From contig CAVOKM010000007.1 in assembly GCA_963696515.1 (NCBI GenBank), forward strand, positions 2,541 to 66,540: a stretch of 64,000 nt of DNA, written 5' to 3'. The DNA is from an uncultured Gammaproteobacteria bacterium (GTDB lineage Bacteria > Pseudomonadota > Gammaproteobacteria > Competibacterales > Competibacteraceae). Positions 50,962-61,361 of this stretch are shown here, one piece after another (the first letter of the stretch is position 1; every line of letters starts with the position of its first letter). Both the position numbers and the translations under genes were made by a program. Under the pieces are notes generated by a model. The model was not told the origin of the DNA. It did not search any database and was given only the letters and a program-made list of their open reading frames with translations.

Positions 50962-51396
50962 TCACGCGGTTGCCAGGGGATGCCGCCAACGCAAACCCGG
51001 ATATCGGGCAAATCCTCTATCGGTTGTGATCCAATCGCTGTCGGACTCTATCGCCATCGCGGCCAGGTAAGCATCGGGGATCGAATTGCCGGTCGCGGCG
51101 GCAGCGCGACAGAGTTGATCGAAAATACCCCAGTGACGCGGGCCGGGTTGCACGATCACGCATCGAGGATGCGCGCGAATCTGTTCCGCGAAGGCGAAGG
51201 CCACATCGAGCGGCGTGGGGGCGCGGAATATCCTCGGATGGGTCACGATGCGCAGAAACCCGCTCAAAACCAGTTCCGCAACGCCAAAGGATTGGCCTCG
51301 GGTCTAGACGTCCTCGAACCAGTTGCGATAAAGACCGTGATCTGGCGTATCCTGACGATGAGCGTAAACCAGCACATTGACATCAGGCAGGATCAT
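50962..51396 (-). pseudogene. vapC: VapC/PIN toxin with an in-frame TAG at codon 31
   Basis: MILPDVNVLVYAHR...EDV*...GFLRIVTHPRIF...PDAYLAA...TTDRGFARY. Confidence 0.85.
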
Positions 51397-51625
51397 CGGC
51401 GTCGTCCATGATCGCGAGTAAAGCGGCGGAATTATTCAAGTCTACACCGGGCAGGAGTCCGCCTTGGCCATAAGTGATCAAGCGCACCGATGGAACGGCT
51501 TGTTGTCGCGCCAACCAGTCACGCAACGCCTGTTCCACGATTTCGTTCACATCATGATGCGTAGCGGCGGCGATATTTTCCGTTGCCTTCAACAAATCGT
51601 CGGGTAGTTGAATGGTCGCTGGCAT
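51383..51625 (-). CDS. vapB: VapB-like RHH antitoxin
   Basis: TIQLPDDLL...IVEQALR...GLLPGVDLNNSAALL. Confidence 0.8.
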   Translation of the reverse strand: MPATIQLPDDLLKATENIAAATHHDVNEIVEQALRDWLARQQAVPSVRLITYGQGGLLPGVDLNNSAALLAIMDDADDPA

Positions 51626-51664
51626 GGAATTTCCTCCTACCAAAGAATTGAAGCCGGATATGGT

Positions 51665-52831
51665 TCAAACGATTTCAACGATCCGCCAGTTATTGCCGCC
51701 GATCCGCTCTACGATCAGTGTCGCCGTAACCGCCTTGCCCTTGTCGAGCTTGTTCCGTTGCTCGGCGCTGAGTTTCTCGCGCAGGTCCATCCCTTCCTTG
51801 CCGCCAGCGAATGCCTTGCCCTGAGCAGTCGCGCTGTACAGTTCCCGCTTGCCCTTATTCCAGGACAGAGCCGCGTTTTCCCAGCGCTGCGGGCCTGTTT
51901 CGGGCGCGGTTATGGCGCTGCCTTGGATTTCGCTGGCGGCAGGCGCGGATTTCTTGGTCTCGTCCGGCTTCGAGCGCTGTCGGGGAACGGTCTCCACCGT
52001 GCGCATCGCTCCGTAACCCACCGCCGTTTTCGCGCCGAACCCCAGCCAGTCGAAAGCGTGCCGGAACGCGGATTCCAACAGGGTTTGCCAAGAATTCCCA
52101 AGCGATTTCGGCAGCATGGCGGGATCGCATTGCACGAAGAACTCAAAGCGACTGCCCGGCGGCACGGTCAGGAACAGGATCGGATTGGGCTGGCCACTAT
52201 CATGCGGCGTGGTGTTACCCTGGTAGTAGTCGCCGTAATGCGGGGTCATGATGTCCACGGCCAACTGGCCACTGGCGGGTTCAGGAATCACGTCCCAGAA
52301 CATCAACGCGCCCCGGTTGCGATTGGTTTCATTATCGCCTGATGCCGTTTCCCGCCCAAATAGCGCATCAATGATCTGCTGGCTCCAGCCTTGAGTATCA
52401 CCGTAATCACCACAAACCAGGTTTTCTGCCGCCTGCCGCAGTACGCCCTTGACGCCGCTGCCGGGGAGATAGGGAATCCCATACGGGTTGAGAAAGGCAA
52501 AACCGTTTTCCAGCGGATGCTCGTTGCCCAGGCCGGTCATGAACGGGGCGACGGATTGCGCGGGCAAGCGCCAGACCGAATCGCCGAGGACGTCGGCCAG
52601 CGCTTTCTGTCGGTCGAGCAGGCTACTAGCCATTCGCCAGGCATCATTGCCGAAGGGAATGATTCGGCGAATCGCACCCTGTTTGCCCTTGTCTTTATCG
52701 TCCTTGCTATCGGCTTCCCGGAGCCAATCAGTTAGATTCCACAGTTGGAAGTACAGCCCGAAGCGATGTCCTGGGGGAGCCTCAGCAAAGAGTTCCTGTT
52801 TTACATAGCTTGGAACAGCGGCAACGGCCAT
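51665..52831 (-). CDS. cmr6: Type III-B RAMP Cmr6
   Basis: GLGNEHPLENG, PYLPGSGVKG, DIMTPHY, GFGAKTAVGYG. Confidence 0.95.
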   Translation of the reverse strand: MAVAAVPSYVKQELFAEAPPGHRFGLYFQLWNLTDWLREADSKDDKDKGKQGAIRRIIPFGNDAWRMASSLLDRQKALADVLGDSVWRLPAQSVAPFMTGLGNEHPLENGFAFLNPYGIPYLPGSGVKGVLRQAAENLVCGDYGDTQGWSQQIIDALFGRETASGDNETNRNRGALMFWDVIPEPASGQLAVDIMTPHYGDYYQGNTTPHDSGQPNPILFLTVPPGSRFEFFVQCDPAMLPKSLGNSWQTLLESAFRHAFDWLGFGAKTAVGYGAMRTVETVPRQRSKPDETKKSAPAASEIQGSAITAPETGPQRWENAALSWNKGKRELYSATAQGKAFAGGKEGMDLREKLSAEQRNKLDKGKAVTATLIVERIGGNNWRIVEIV

Positions 52832-52853
52832 ATCAAATCTCCTCGATCATCCG

Positions 52854-53066
52854 CTAGGCGTACATGAGCCGACGGCCCTTGGGAGCCGGGATAGACTCGC
52901 TCTGTTCGCGGGCGACATCAAGCCAGAACGCCATCGCGTCCCGCACATTGCGCAACGCTTCCTCATAACTATTACCGTGAGCCATGCAGCCGGGTAACTC
53001 AGGGGCCTCTGCGAGGAACGCCTGATCCTCGTTGCTCCAGTAGATGATGATCTCGTAATGGTTCAT
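52854..53066 (-). CDS. hicB: HicB antitoxin
   Basis: WSNEDQAF.AEAPELPGCMAHG. Confidence 0.9.
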   Translation of the reverse strand: MNHYEIIIYWSNEDQAFLAEAPELPGCMAHGNSYEEALRNVRDAMAFWLDVAREQSESIPAPKGRRLMYA

Positions 53067-53317
53067 GACTGATCTCCAAGCTTGTATTGAATGATCACGT
53101 TCCTGACTTGACGCACCTGATAGGGTTTGGCCTTGCCATCATCCCGTTGCAGGTTGATCTTTTCGGCAATGCCGGGTTTTGTGAACAGATGATGACTACC
53201 CCGTATCCGTTGCTCGAATCTCAGCCAGAGCAGGAGTCCACGAAGTTCGTCGAAGCCGATGTTGGCGTCGGACATTCCCCGTAAAATCTGCTCGAGCAAT
53301 CTGTCATGCTTGCCCAT
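53063..53317 (-). CDS. hicA: HicA toxin
   Basis: RGSHHLF, KAKPYQVRQV. Confidence 0.9.
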   Translation of the reverse strand: MGKHDRLLEQILRGMSDANIGFDELRGLLLWLRFEQRIRGSHHLFTKPGIAEKINLQRDDGKAKPYQVRQVRNVIIQYKLGDQS

Positions 53318-53319
53318 AC

Positions 53320-53760
53320 CTACCCCGGTGCCCTTGCTGCCGCAAACTGGCGAATCCAGCGTAATAGAGCGAGGGTTTCCTCGGTGGCGCGGCGGAAGAG
53401 TTCGGGTTTGGCGTTGTACAATGCCGGCATGACCGTGTTGAAATAAGCATCTTGCTCAGATGGAAAGTCATTACCGCCAAATTGACGACCCAACCAGCGC
53501 ATGAGGTGAGCATTCAGGGCGTGGTAACGATCCATGATGCTTTCTTTCGTTTTGCCTTTATCCTGATAGAAAGCCAGCGCTTGCATCAGCCCATTGTTCA
53601 TGATCAACGCCGGCGCGGCCTTCGCCAATTTGTCGTAATCCTTGGGGATATGCTGAACGCATTCCCAAGAATAGGCGGCTCGCTGTTGGTCGAGGCTGGT
53701 GGTTGACAGGGAGGCTTTGGATTTCAAGGTAATCGTCGCTTTGGGTGTGTAGTCGGCCAT
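53320..53760 (-). CDS. cmr5: Type III-B small subunit Cmr5
   Basis: LDQQRAAY, PALIMNNGLMQALAF, ATEETLALLRWIRQFA. Confidence 0.92.
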   Translation of the reverse strand: MADYTPKATITLKSKASLSTTSLDQQRAAYSWECVQHIPKDYDKLAKAAPALIMNNGLMQALAFYQDKGKTKESIMDRYHALNAHLMRWLGRQFGGNDFPSEQDAYFNTVMPALYNAKPELFRRATEETLALLRWIRQFAAARAPG

Positions 53761-53762
53761 GA

Positions 53763-54707
53763 TTATCTCTCCACCGCCTTGCATACCACTTGCCCACGTC
53801 CGGTCGTCGCATCACCGCCGATTTGCAGCAGCTTGCCGTCCAGTCCACCGAAACCATTACCGTCGCCCGCAAGCACAATTTGGAGTGCCTGCCCGGCATT
53901 GAAACGCATTTTGTCGCCGCGAATTTTGTCGGTGGAGCGTTCGGCCGACGCCATGACCGGCGCGAGCAACAGGCTTTCCGGCGGCAGGTTTTCGGTGTAG
54001 AACAGGCCACCATCATCCGCCGTCCCGGTCTCGTTATTGATCCGCACATGCGGTTCAACCACTGTGGCGTTACGGACGAAGTAGCTAAAATCCTCGTCGG
54101 ACAGCAGTACCAAATCCGTTTTCAACTTTTCGCGGAAAAAATCGTAAGCGGCATCCGGCGGCAGCGCGTGTTGAGAGAGCCATTCGGTGACTTTCATCAA
54201 CGATTGATCCATATGTGCCGTGAATTCAAATGCTTCCAAATGCAATTTATCGCCGTTCATCAGATTGTGATTAGCCAGTTTGCAATGTCCAGCCTCAACG
54301 GTCACTGTCGGCCAGTCGGAATTTGCCCCGACCAATGCCAAGGTTCTAGCGGTCCGCGCCAGCGCTGTCGGCGATGTGGCGTAAACAAAAGCGCCCTTGA
54401 CGCAACGCACCGGAAACGCGACCAGTTGCGCGTCGCCGAAGCTGACCGCGCCGGCGAATTCCGAAGCATCGGTTTCCGGCCCGAACAGACGGTTAAGCAG
54501 GTTGGCCTTGTCTTTGCGGCTGCTATCGTCCAACTGACTCCAAAAATGATGTCGCACCGCGCCTTTGAGCCCGGAACCGGCGATCATGGGATATTCGGTA
54601 TGCCGTTCCCGTTGAATGGGGTTGTCGATCAGGCCGATGGCCGTACCCGCCCCCATGTGAACCGGACTGACACAATAGATAAACAATGCTTTCGATGCTT
54701 CAAACAT
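53763..54707 (-). CDS. cmr4: Type III-B RAMP Cmr4
   Basis: SPVHMGAG, IDNPIQRERHT, GSGLKGA, LQIGGDATTGRG. Confidence 0.96.
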   Translation of the reverse strand: MFEASKALFIYCVSPVHMGAGTAIGLIDNPIQRERHTEYPMIAGSGLKGAVRHHFWSQLDDSSRKDKANLLNRLFGPETDASEFAGAVSFGDAQLVAFPVRCVKGAFVYATSPTALARTARTLALVGANSDWPTVTVEAGHCKLANHNLMNGDKLHLEAFEFTAHMDQSLMKVTEWLSQHALPPDAAYDFFREKLKTDLVLLSDEDFSYFVRNATVVEPHVRINNETGTADDGGLFYTENLPPESLLLAPVMASAERSTDKIRGDKMRFNAGQALQIVLAGDGNGFGGLDGKLLQIGGDATTGRGQVVCKAVER

Positions 54708-54716
54708 GACGGTTCC

Positions 54717-55142
54717 TCATTCCTTGACCGGATCAAGCGGATTGACAATTTGCAGGCGGTCGGCCGCCGCAGGTTTCAGGCGAAGATCGTTGGTCCAAAA
54801 CTCCGTGCAGCCGTGATGAATGGCGGCGGCCAGATGCAGCGCATCAGGGGTCTTGAGATTTTGGAAAGCACGCAACTCAGTGGCGATTTCAAAAACCTGT
54901 TCGTTGATCAATAGCCGACTTGTTTCAGGCAGGCTGAAAAAATTGTCGTATTCCTCCAGAATTCGTTGTTGCCCTTTGCGCAGTGGCAGCGCCCGGCATT
55001 CCAAACGGGTCAAGCCAGTGAAACACAGTTGTCCGCCACCTGTTTTACGTTTTGCCAGCGCTTGATAGCAAGTCTCCCGGAAAGGGTCTGTCCCCTCAAT
55101 CAAATAGATCACAATGCAGCTATCGAGGTAGATTGCGGACAT
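54717..55142 (-). CDS. vapC: VapC/PIN toxin
   Basis: IYLDSCIVIY, LKTPDALHLAAA, FWTND. Confidence 0.9.
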   Translation of the reverse strand: MSAIYLDSCIVIYLIEGTDPFRETCYQALAKRKTGGGQLCFTGLTRLECRALPLRKGQQRILEEYDNFFSLPETSRLLINEQVFEIATELRAFQNLKTPDALHLAAAIHHGCTEFWTNDLRLKPAAADRLQIVNPLDPVKE

Positions 55143-55386
55143 CATCACGCTCCCATGAATGGCGTTCTTCTTCGAGGTTGCGATCTATTTCTTCTTGGGT
55201 GCGACGGGGAATATCCGCTTCCTGCAAATGTTGCATGAATTCTTCGAGAGAGCGGGGTTGGCCGACAGCCGGCGTTTCGGGATACAGCACGATGACCTCC
55301 GCCATGCCGGGCGGCACATCGGCGGGTAATTGCAGACTCAGCGTATGTTCGGCGCTGATCTGGGCAGGCAGTTTAATAGCGCGCAT
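55120..55386 (-). CDS. Putative antitoxin
   Basis: GGAG RBS; LPADVPPG.AEVIV; RTQEEID..LEEER.SW; overlaps vapC. Confidence 0.75.
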   Translation of the reverse strand: MRAIKLPAQISAEHTLSLQLPADVPPGMAEVIVLYPETPAVGQPRSLEEFMQHLQEADIPRRTQEEIDRNLEEERHSWERDDVRNLPR

Positions 55387-55406
55387 GGGATGTTCTCCTT
55401 TCAGTT

Positions 55407-56606
55407 TCAAGCAGTTTTTGGCCACGCTGCAATCAAGATATTGTTAAAACCCTCGGCGCGGCGGCTGGGATCAAGGTAGTCGCCCATCGCCCAGAAACCT
55501 TCGGCGGCAAGCTTGCCGAGCGCTTCGGCCTTGCCCTGGAAATCGTCAAACCAGTACACCGAACCCACCGGTGCGACGCGCTGCGCCGGTTTCGGTTGCC
55601 ACTGCGCCAAATCCCAGCCGCTGACCGTATCGGCGCGATGGACCGCCGCCGCAACCAGCCGCGCCGTGCAACCGTCCGGGCCATGCCAACAGTTGTCCGC
55701 ATCAAGGCCGGGCAAGCGCCAGCCGTCGGCGAACAGGCCGGGCGTCGCCAGCACCAGCCGAAACCGGCATTCTTGTTCGATGCGCCGCCCGTCGGGAGCC
55801 GGCAGCAGGTTCTTGGGCGAGACCGCTTGCAGCGCCGCGCCGCGTCCGTCGCCGCCGAAGCGCAACAACCCGTTTTCCGGCAACAAGCCGCTCGCGCCGT
55901 CCACGCCGTCCACGCCGACCAGAAAACCCACATCCCGCAGTCGATTGCGACCATCGCGGTGGTTCAGAGCGACGGTCTGCGCGGTGTACAGCATTCCCTT
56001 GGCGACGGTGCGTTGCGCGCCGTTCAAGGCGATGCCGAGACGGTGATCGAATTGCCAGAGTTCGCCGCCGCGCAGCAGGTGTTCCTTGCCGAGTTGTTCG
56101 CCGTTGAGATACGCGCCCAGCCCGGCGGCGTTCAACCACAGATTGCCTTGCGGCTTGGCCGGATCAGCGGCGCGCAACAGCGGCGCTTGCGGGAGCGCGT
56201 AGCTGCTGGACAAGGCGGAGTGCGGCGCGGTCGGCTGGAGATACGTCGCGTCGTCCAGCGCCTTGGCCGTGACCACCACGTCCGATGGCAGCGGAAAACA
56301 CGGCTGTACCTGCCCCTGTTCCCGACAGGCCAGGGTGAACAGGCTGACCCGGAAATCGCCCGGCTTTTGCGGCGTGCCGAGGCAGGCGTGCAAGGCGTCG
56401 GACAGCTCCGGCAAGCGGTCGCGGGCTCGGGCGAAGGCGGCCAAGTCCACCTCGTGCGCGGCCAACATGCGGGAACGCAACGCGCCGGCGGCCAGCGACG
56501 GCCACGGCGGCATCAGCGCCTCGCCATAGCTGCCGGCGTCGCCAAACAGCTTGTTGCCGCGCAGATAAAGCACGTCCAGGGGTTCGATGAAACGGTATTC
56601 AGTCAT
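55407..56606 (-). CDS. cmr3: Type III-B Cmr3
   Basis: IEPLDVLYLRG, FGGDGR, SGWDL, PVGSVY, EGF. Confidence 0.95.
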   Translation of the reverse strand: MTEYRFIEPLDVLYLRGNKLFGDAGSYGEALMPPWPSLAAGALRSRMLAAHEVDLAAFARARDRLPELSDALHACLGTPQKPGDFRVSLFTLACREQGQVQPCFPLPSDVVVTAKALDDATYLQPTAPHSALSSSYALPQAPLLRAADPAKPQGNLWLNAAGLGAYLNGEQLGKEHLLRGGELWQFDHRLGIALNGAQRTVAKGMLYTAQTVALNHRDGRNRLRDVGFLVGVDGVDGASGLLPENGLLRFGGDGRGAALQAVSPKNLLPAPDGRRIEQECRFRLVLATPGLFADGWRLPGLDADNCWHGPDGCTARLVAAAVHRADTVSGWDLAQWQPKPAQRVAPVGSVYWFDDFQGKAEALGKLAAEGFWAMGDYLDPSRRAEGFNNILIAAWPKTA

Positions 56607-59572
56607 GGCGATTCTCCTTGTCGCTGTTCGCGCGGCCTTCGCGGGCCAGAAATTCGGCGACGGCCAGAAAATCGCGGATGAAGTCGGGGGCGGTGCCTCG
56701 GTCTTCCTCCGGCCTGGAGGATGAGGCCGCGAGCGTCACCGCCAACTTGCCGAGTCCCCGCCCTAAATCGGTGGCGCATTGCTTGTCATCCCCCTGGCAC
56801 TGCCGGGCGAACTGATAGGCCAGATTGTCGGCCAGCAGCTTTTCGTACAGCGCCGGATCGCTGAACTCGCCGGGCGGCGGCAGTTGCGGCAACCAGCTTT
56901 GCGCCAGATAGGCCACGCGCCGCGACAGTTGCGGGTTGGCCAGCGCCTCGCGCAAGCGCAGCAACATCCCGATGGGGGTGCTTTCCAAACCTTGTGCCGG
57001 TTCGAGACCGTCAAACCAATGGCTGACCAGTTCCACCATGCCGCCGGAACGCTTGAGCACGCGAATGGCAAACGCATTACGGCCGCCGCGGTTCTTGGCC
57101 TGTTTCTCCGCGTCCCGCAGTTGCCGCAATACCGCGCCCAGCGAGGCGGAATGATGAGCGACGACCGCGCCGGCGGAGGCGGTCGCTTCGCGGCCCATCA
57201 CCCGATATAGCCGGTCACGAAGCAGCACATGACCGCTGGAAATCTTCAACCGATTGTCGTCCACACCCAGCAAGCGCCAGGCATGATTGGCGGCATCGCC
57301 GGTTGGAAACACCCCGCTGTAGGCCAGTCGCAGCAGCGCCAGCGCCGGCAACAGATCATCCACCGACACCATCGCCAACACGTCATCGCCACCCGCGTAA
57401 ATCAGCTTGCCCTTGCAAACCGTCTCGACGATATACGGGGCCAGATGCAGCGCGAAGCTGTTGAGCGCCGAGGAAATGGCGATGTGGCGGGCGGGCGAAA
57501 CCGGGCGTTTGGCCTTGGCGTAACTCTGCAAGTCCGCTTGCTGGAATTTTCCGGCGATGGCCTGACGAATTTGCGGATGCCAGGTTTTCTGATACTCCAG
57601 AGCGTAAGCCTTTTCACCAGACAGCCACGCGCCCATGTTGTCGCCGTCCAGCATGATCAGCGCGTAATAGGCTTCGGGTTTCTGGCCGAGCACTTTCTCG
57701 ATTAAGCCGTTGACGCCTTGCAAAGCATCATCGTCAACGCTGTCTTCAGCTTCGCGCAGGGTGTCCAGCCAAGCCGGCAACCGTTCGGCGATACGCCGGA
57801 CGTGCGAGGGATACTGGCCCCAGCGCAATTCATCCGCGATTTTCCGGGGAAGCGTAGCGCGCTCGGTCGCCGCTTCCATCCGCGCCGCCAGCTTGCCCAC
57901 GTCCCGATCCATGATGTCGGTTTTACCAGAGCGGCCTTGCAGCCAATTCCATAAGCTGGTCGCCAGCGCCATCGTATGCGTGGAGACGACGTAGCGCCGC
58001 ATATCCTGATCGAGCTGGCCCTTGATTTCTTTAACGAACAGCGTCGGCCACAGCCGCTTGAGCGTACACGGGGCGCAGAGATGCTCGCCCTTCCGCGCCC
58101 AAGGCGATTTATCCTCGGCGATTACCGTCCAAAGCGTCTTGCGCTCGCCGGGCGGCAAGGCCAGTTGATCGCGGTCGGTGGTCAGCCATTCCCGCTCGCC
58201 GCACAGGGAGCAGCGATAGCCGGTTTGCTCCAGTTGCGCGAAGGGTCGCACCGCCTTGGCCGCCGCCTGCATCCGATCCAGCAGATCGTAAAGCGCGGGA
58301 TAAAGCACTCCAGCGTTTGGGTAATAAAAGCGTGCGCCATCGACCTTGATTTCCCGGCTCAACAATTTCCAAGCGTCCCCACCTAGAAAACCCTTGTCGC
58401 CAGGCCGGAATGGCGCTTGGGCCGCTTCAAGTTCCTTGACGTCTACCCCCGACCCAGTTTCCTGTACCAGCGGCGCGAACGGAACCAGCGCCCAATGAAC
58501 TTCCGGGAAATTTTCCAGTTGCGCGGTGATTTGTGCGTGAGCGTACAGGTTTGGAGCGTTGGTTATGTCGGCGGTTTTTAACAACTCCGTTAGTGCGGCT
58601 TCTGCTTTTTCCTTCACCCACGCCCGCACGTCAGCGGTGATTTGATGCGCCAGTTTCGCGCCTGAACCCGCCGGGACGATGGCGACAAACTTGTTGGGCA
58701 ACGCAGCGGCGAACAGCGGATTGGCGTCGGTTTGCCGGTTCAGCCAGTCCGCGCCGTCAAAGTAATGCTCCGGCAGCCCCATGTCCTTGAGCAACCACAA
58801 ATCCACCTGCGGCACGCCGCGCAGTTGCGGAAAGATCGCCGCATCCGGTCCCAGTTGCTCGCAAATCACCTTCAAGCCTTCCCAGGCCAGCCGGGACAGC
58901 AAGTGCGAACCCGCCCACAAATCGGAGGTGGTGCGCGCTTGGGCGATGAAATCCTGAACCGGCCCAAAGCTCATCGCCAGCAGCGCCGGGTTTTTTTGCG
59001 GATCGAGAGCAAAAGCGCTGGCAAAAGCAGAGGTCAGGTCAAGATGATTCCAGATCGTGTGATCGGGCACGCGGGTATCGGCGGGCAACAGTTGCCAGAG
59101 CGCGCCCAAATCACTGGCTGGCGACTCCGGCCCGAAGCGCCAAAACGCAAGCGCCGTATTTTTCCAGTCCACCGCTCCGTTATCCGGGACAATGAATCGC
59201 TGAAAGTGATCGGTGCTGATCGCTTTCAGTTGCGCCGGTTCCAGCTCCATTTTTTTCAGGTCATATTCTTCTCCGGTCAGCGGGTGACTTGAGTACCGGC
59301 TGTTCGGCAAAGTTAATCTGAGTCCATTTCTGATAGCGCCCGCCGTCCTGATCCTGCGGAAATTGCGGACGGTCGGCAGCAGCGGCCCAGCGATCCGCTT
59401 GGTGAATGTGCTGTTTGATGGCTGCGGGAATCCCATCAGGAAAGAGTTGTTGCCGCAACTTCCGCACGGTGCCGCCTTCATGGCCGGCGGGGTCGCGCAA
59501 CAGCACCAGCGCCTTTTCCGCTGGGTCGTGAATCCAGGCGGCAAGTTTGGTTTGCCAGAGAGAGTCAGTCAT
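56599..59572 (-). CDS. cas10: Cas10/Cmr2 (frameshift near 59280)
   Basis: WIHDPAEK N-terminus, PADTRVPDH, GPVQDFIAQAR, Zn finger, DGDNMG, intact YAGGDD cyclase motif. Confidence 0.96.
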
Positions 59573-59584
59573 TTCGTCAAATCC

Positions 59585-59812
59585 TTATGGTAAGGTCTCA
59601 AATGAACGGCGCGGTAGTCCGGATTGCCGGATGATGGATTGCAGGGTACCAATCCTTAACTCGGCATGATGGGGTACAGGAACAGTTGTCGTACCGTCAG
59701 GTGTTACTTTCTGCATGACGATATGGCTACCACGCCGCCTGACTTCGACGAAGCCATGGCTTCGCAAAATGGCACAGACCGCCTCACCTGAGAGCACCCG
59801 TAACTTGGCCAT
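59585..59812 (-). CDS. hicA: HicA toxin
   Basis: GFVEVRRRGSH, VPHH.EL.IGTLQSIIRQ. Confidence 0.92.
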   Translation of the reverse strand: MAKLRVLSGEAVCAILRSHGFVEVRRRGSHIVMQKVTPDGTTTVPVPHHAELRIGTLQSIIRQSGLPRRSFETLP

Positions 59813-60021
59813 CCGCCACCTCGATTTGCGTGATGTAAATCTCCCCGGAAACCCGCTGTGTTATTTCCCCCGGGGAGGGCACATTCCAAAAACAACTCAA
59901 CGGCTTCTTGCAAATTGTTTCGCGCCGAAGGGATGTCATCCCCTTGGCTTGCAATATCCAATTCCGGGCATAGGGCGACATAACCTGTTCCTTCCCGTTC
60001 GATGATGGCGGTCAGTTTCAT
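59784..60021 (-). CDS. hicB: HicB antitoxin (frameshifted)
   Basis: MKLTAIIEREGTGYVALCPELDIASQG. Confidence 0.85.
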
Positions 60022-60065
60022 GGTTTGAATTCCTGAATTGGGATCAATCAAAAAGAGGCTTTAAT

Positions 60066-61176
60066 CTACGACTTGCATTTAAGTGGCGATGTATGTTTTC
60101 CCAGATTTTCTGCTCGTTCTCTTCAATCCAAGCTTTCTGCTTCCCCCTCCAGATCGGTACTCAATTTATCAGGGAAACGGCAAGGTAAATGGAATACCAT
60201 ACCTCGTAACCGATCCTTAGTGTCTCTTACAACTTTGAAACGGAGTTGGCTTGCCAATCGCGCCTCTTTCCCGAGTTTACGAATCTCCCATTTGCCACCT
60301 GCTGGGTAACGGAGAAGATGAATTCCTCCAATACCGGACGGACCCTGGATGGTTTTTGCGCTGTACCTCACTTCAACTTTGATGTTTGCAAGACAGCCCA
60401 TAACGGCCCTCCAATCTGGTTTCGGCTCCGAAATCCAAATAAGTGGTTTTCCTTCTTCAGTGCCCAAGGCGTGCGGCCAATCCTCTTTAAGGCACTGTTT
60501 CCAAGGCCGACAAATTTGGTTGAGTATGACATCGTCAAGCTGCGGCAATACTGATAAAATCAGTTTATTTTCTTGAGCAGGTTCAAGCACAACAGACCCC
60601 CAACCGTTACGAGATCGACTTCCCAAGGATCCAAACCATTGGATCAATTGCAGAGCTGTCGAAATATCATCCTTTAATTTGTGCTCAAACCCCAGACATA
60701 GCTCTTTGGAATCTGTAGGGTTAATAGCGTTCCGAATCGTAATACGTGGGCGATTTTCTTTTTTGCTTGGAGGTATAACCGGCCCATATCCCATATAAAA
60801 ATCAGCACGAACTCGACCTTTGCCATCGCGTGTAGTCACAACATCATCAATTGAACCGCCCGGCCATGTATTGGATGAGAATCCACCCATGACATCCCAA
60901 TAGGCACGGCTGGTAACTGATTTAGCTCTCCTTTATTCCAACTACAATCGAGCCTCACTTGACATTTACAGAGTTTCATCCGCGGCATTCCCAAACAATC
61001 TCCCTCCGCTTCACGCAATCTGACGTGGTCGTATTGTGCTCTTTCGCCGCTGCCACCCGCCACCATTGCCGCAGCAGAATCTTGAACGGCGGGGTGCGCC
61101 AAGCCCCATTCTGTTCGGCATCGCCCAGAAAAGCCGGTGTGACAAAACTTACGGTGTAGAGTTGTTTAACCATCAT
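60066..61176 (-). pseudogene. cmr1: Cmr1, multiply frameshifted (3' limit approximate)
   Basis: FVTPAFLG, LLRQWWR, FGSLGSRSRNGWGS, RLASQLRF. Confidence 0.8.
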
Positions 61177-61268
61177 GCGTGCAATCTCCATGCTGTGTTC
61201 GAAATAGTGGCGGTTATATAGTCTTGCCAATGATTATCCGTGCATGTCTGACCTTCGATCAACCCTGT

Positions 61269-61294
61269 TAGGGGCGACCGGCCGGTCGCCCCTA
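61269..61294. repeat. GTAG-type REP palindrome
   Basis: Perfect 26-bp TAGGGGCGACCGGCCGGTCGCCCCTA. Confidence 0.7.
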
Positions 61295-61344
61295 CGGATA
61301 TCGATTGGGAAGTCTATAGCGCCCGGCAAAGGTCGTTGTCCGCC

Positions 61345-61360
61345 CCGGCAAGCTTGCCGG
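61345..61360. promoter_or_regulatory. Palindromic operator candidate upstream of cmr1
   Basis: CCGGCAAGCTTGCCGG; 12-bp core 28 nt before TATAGACT. Confidence 0.6.
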
Positions 61361-61361
61361 C

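Noticed and set aside
47604-56681. Long + strand ORFs opposite cas genes (e.g. 49389-50930, 53790-54914, 55596-56681)
   Set aside because: Antisense shadows of GC-rich coding sequence with no recognisable motifs
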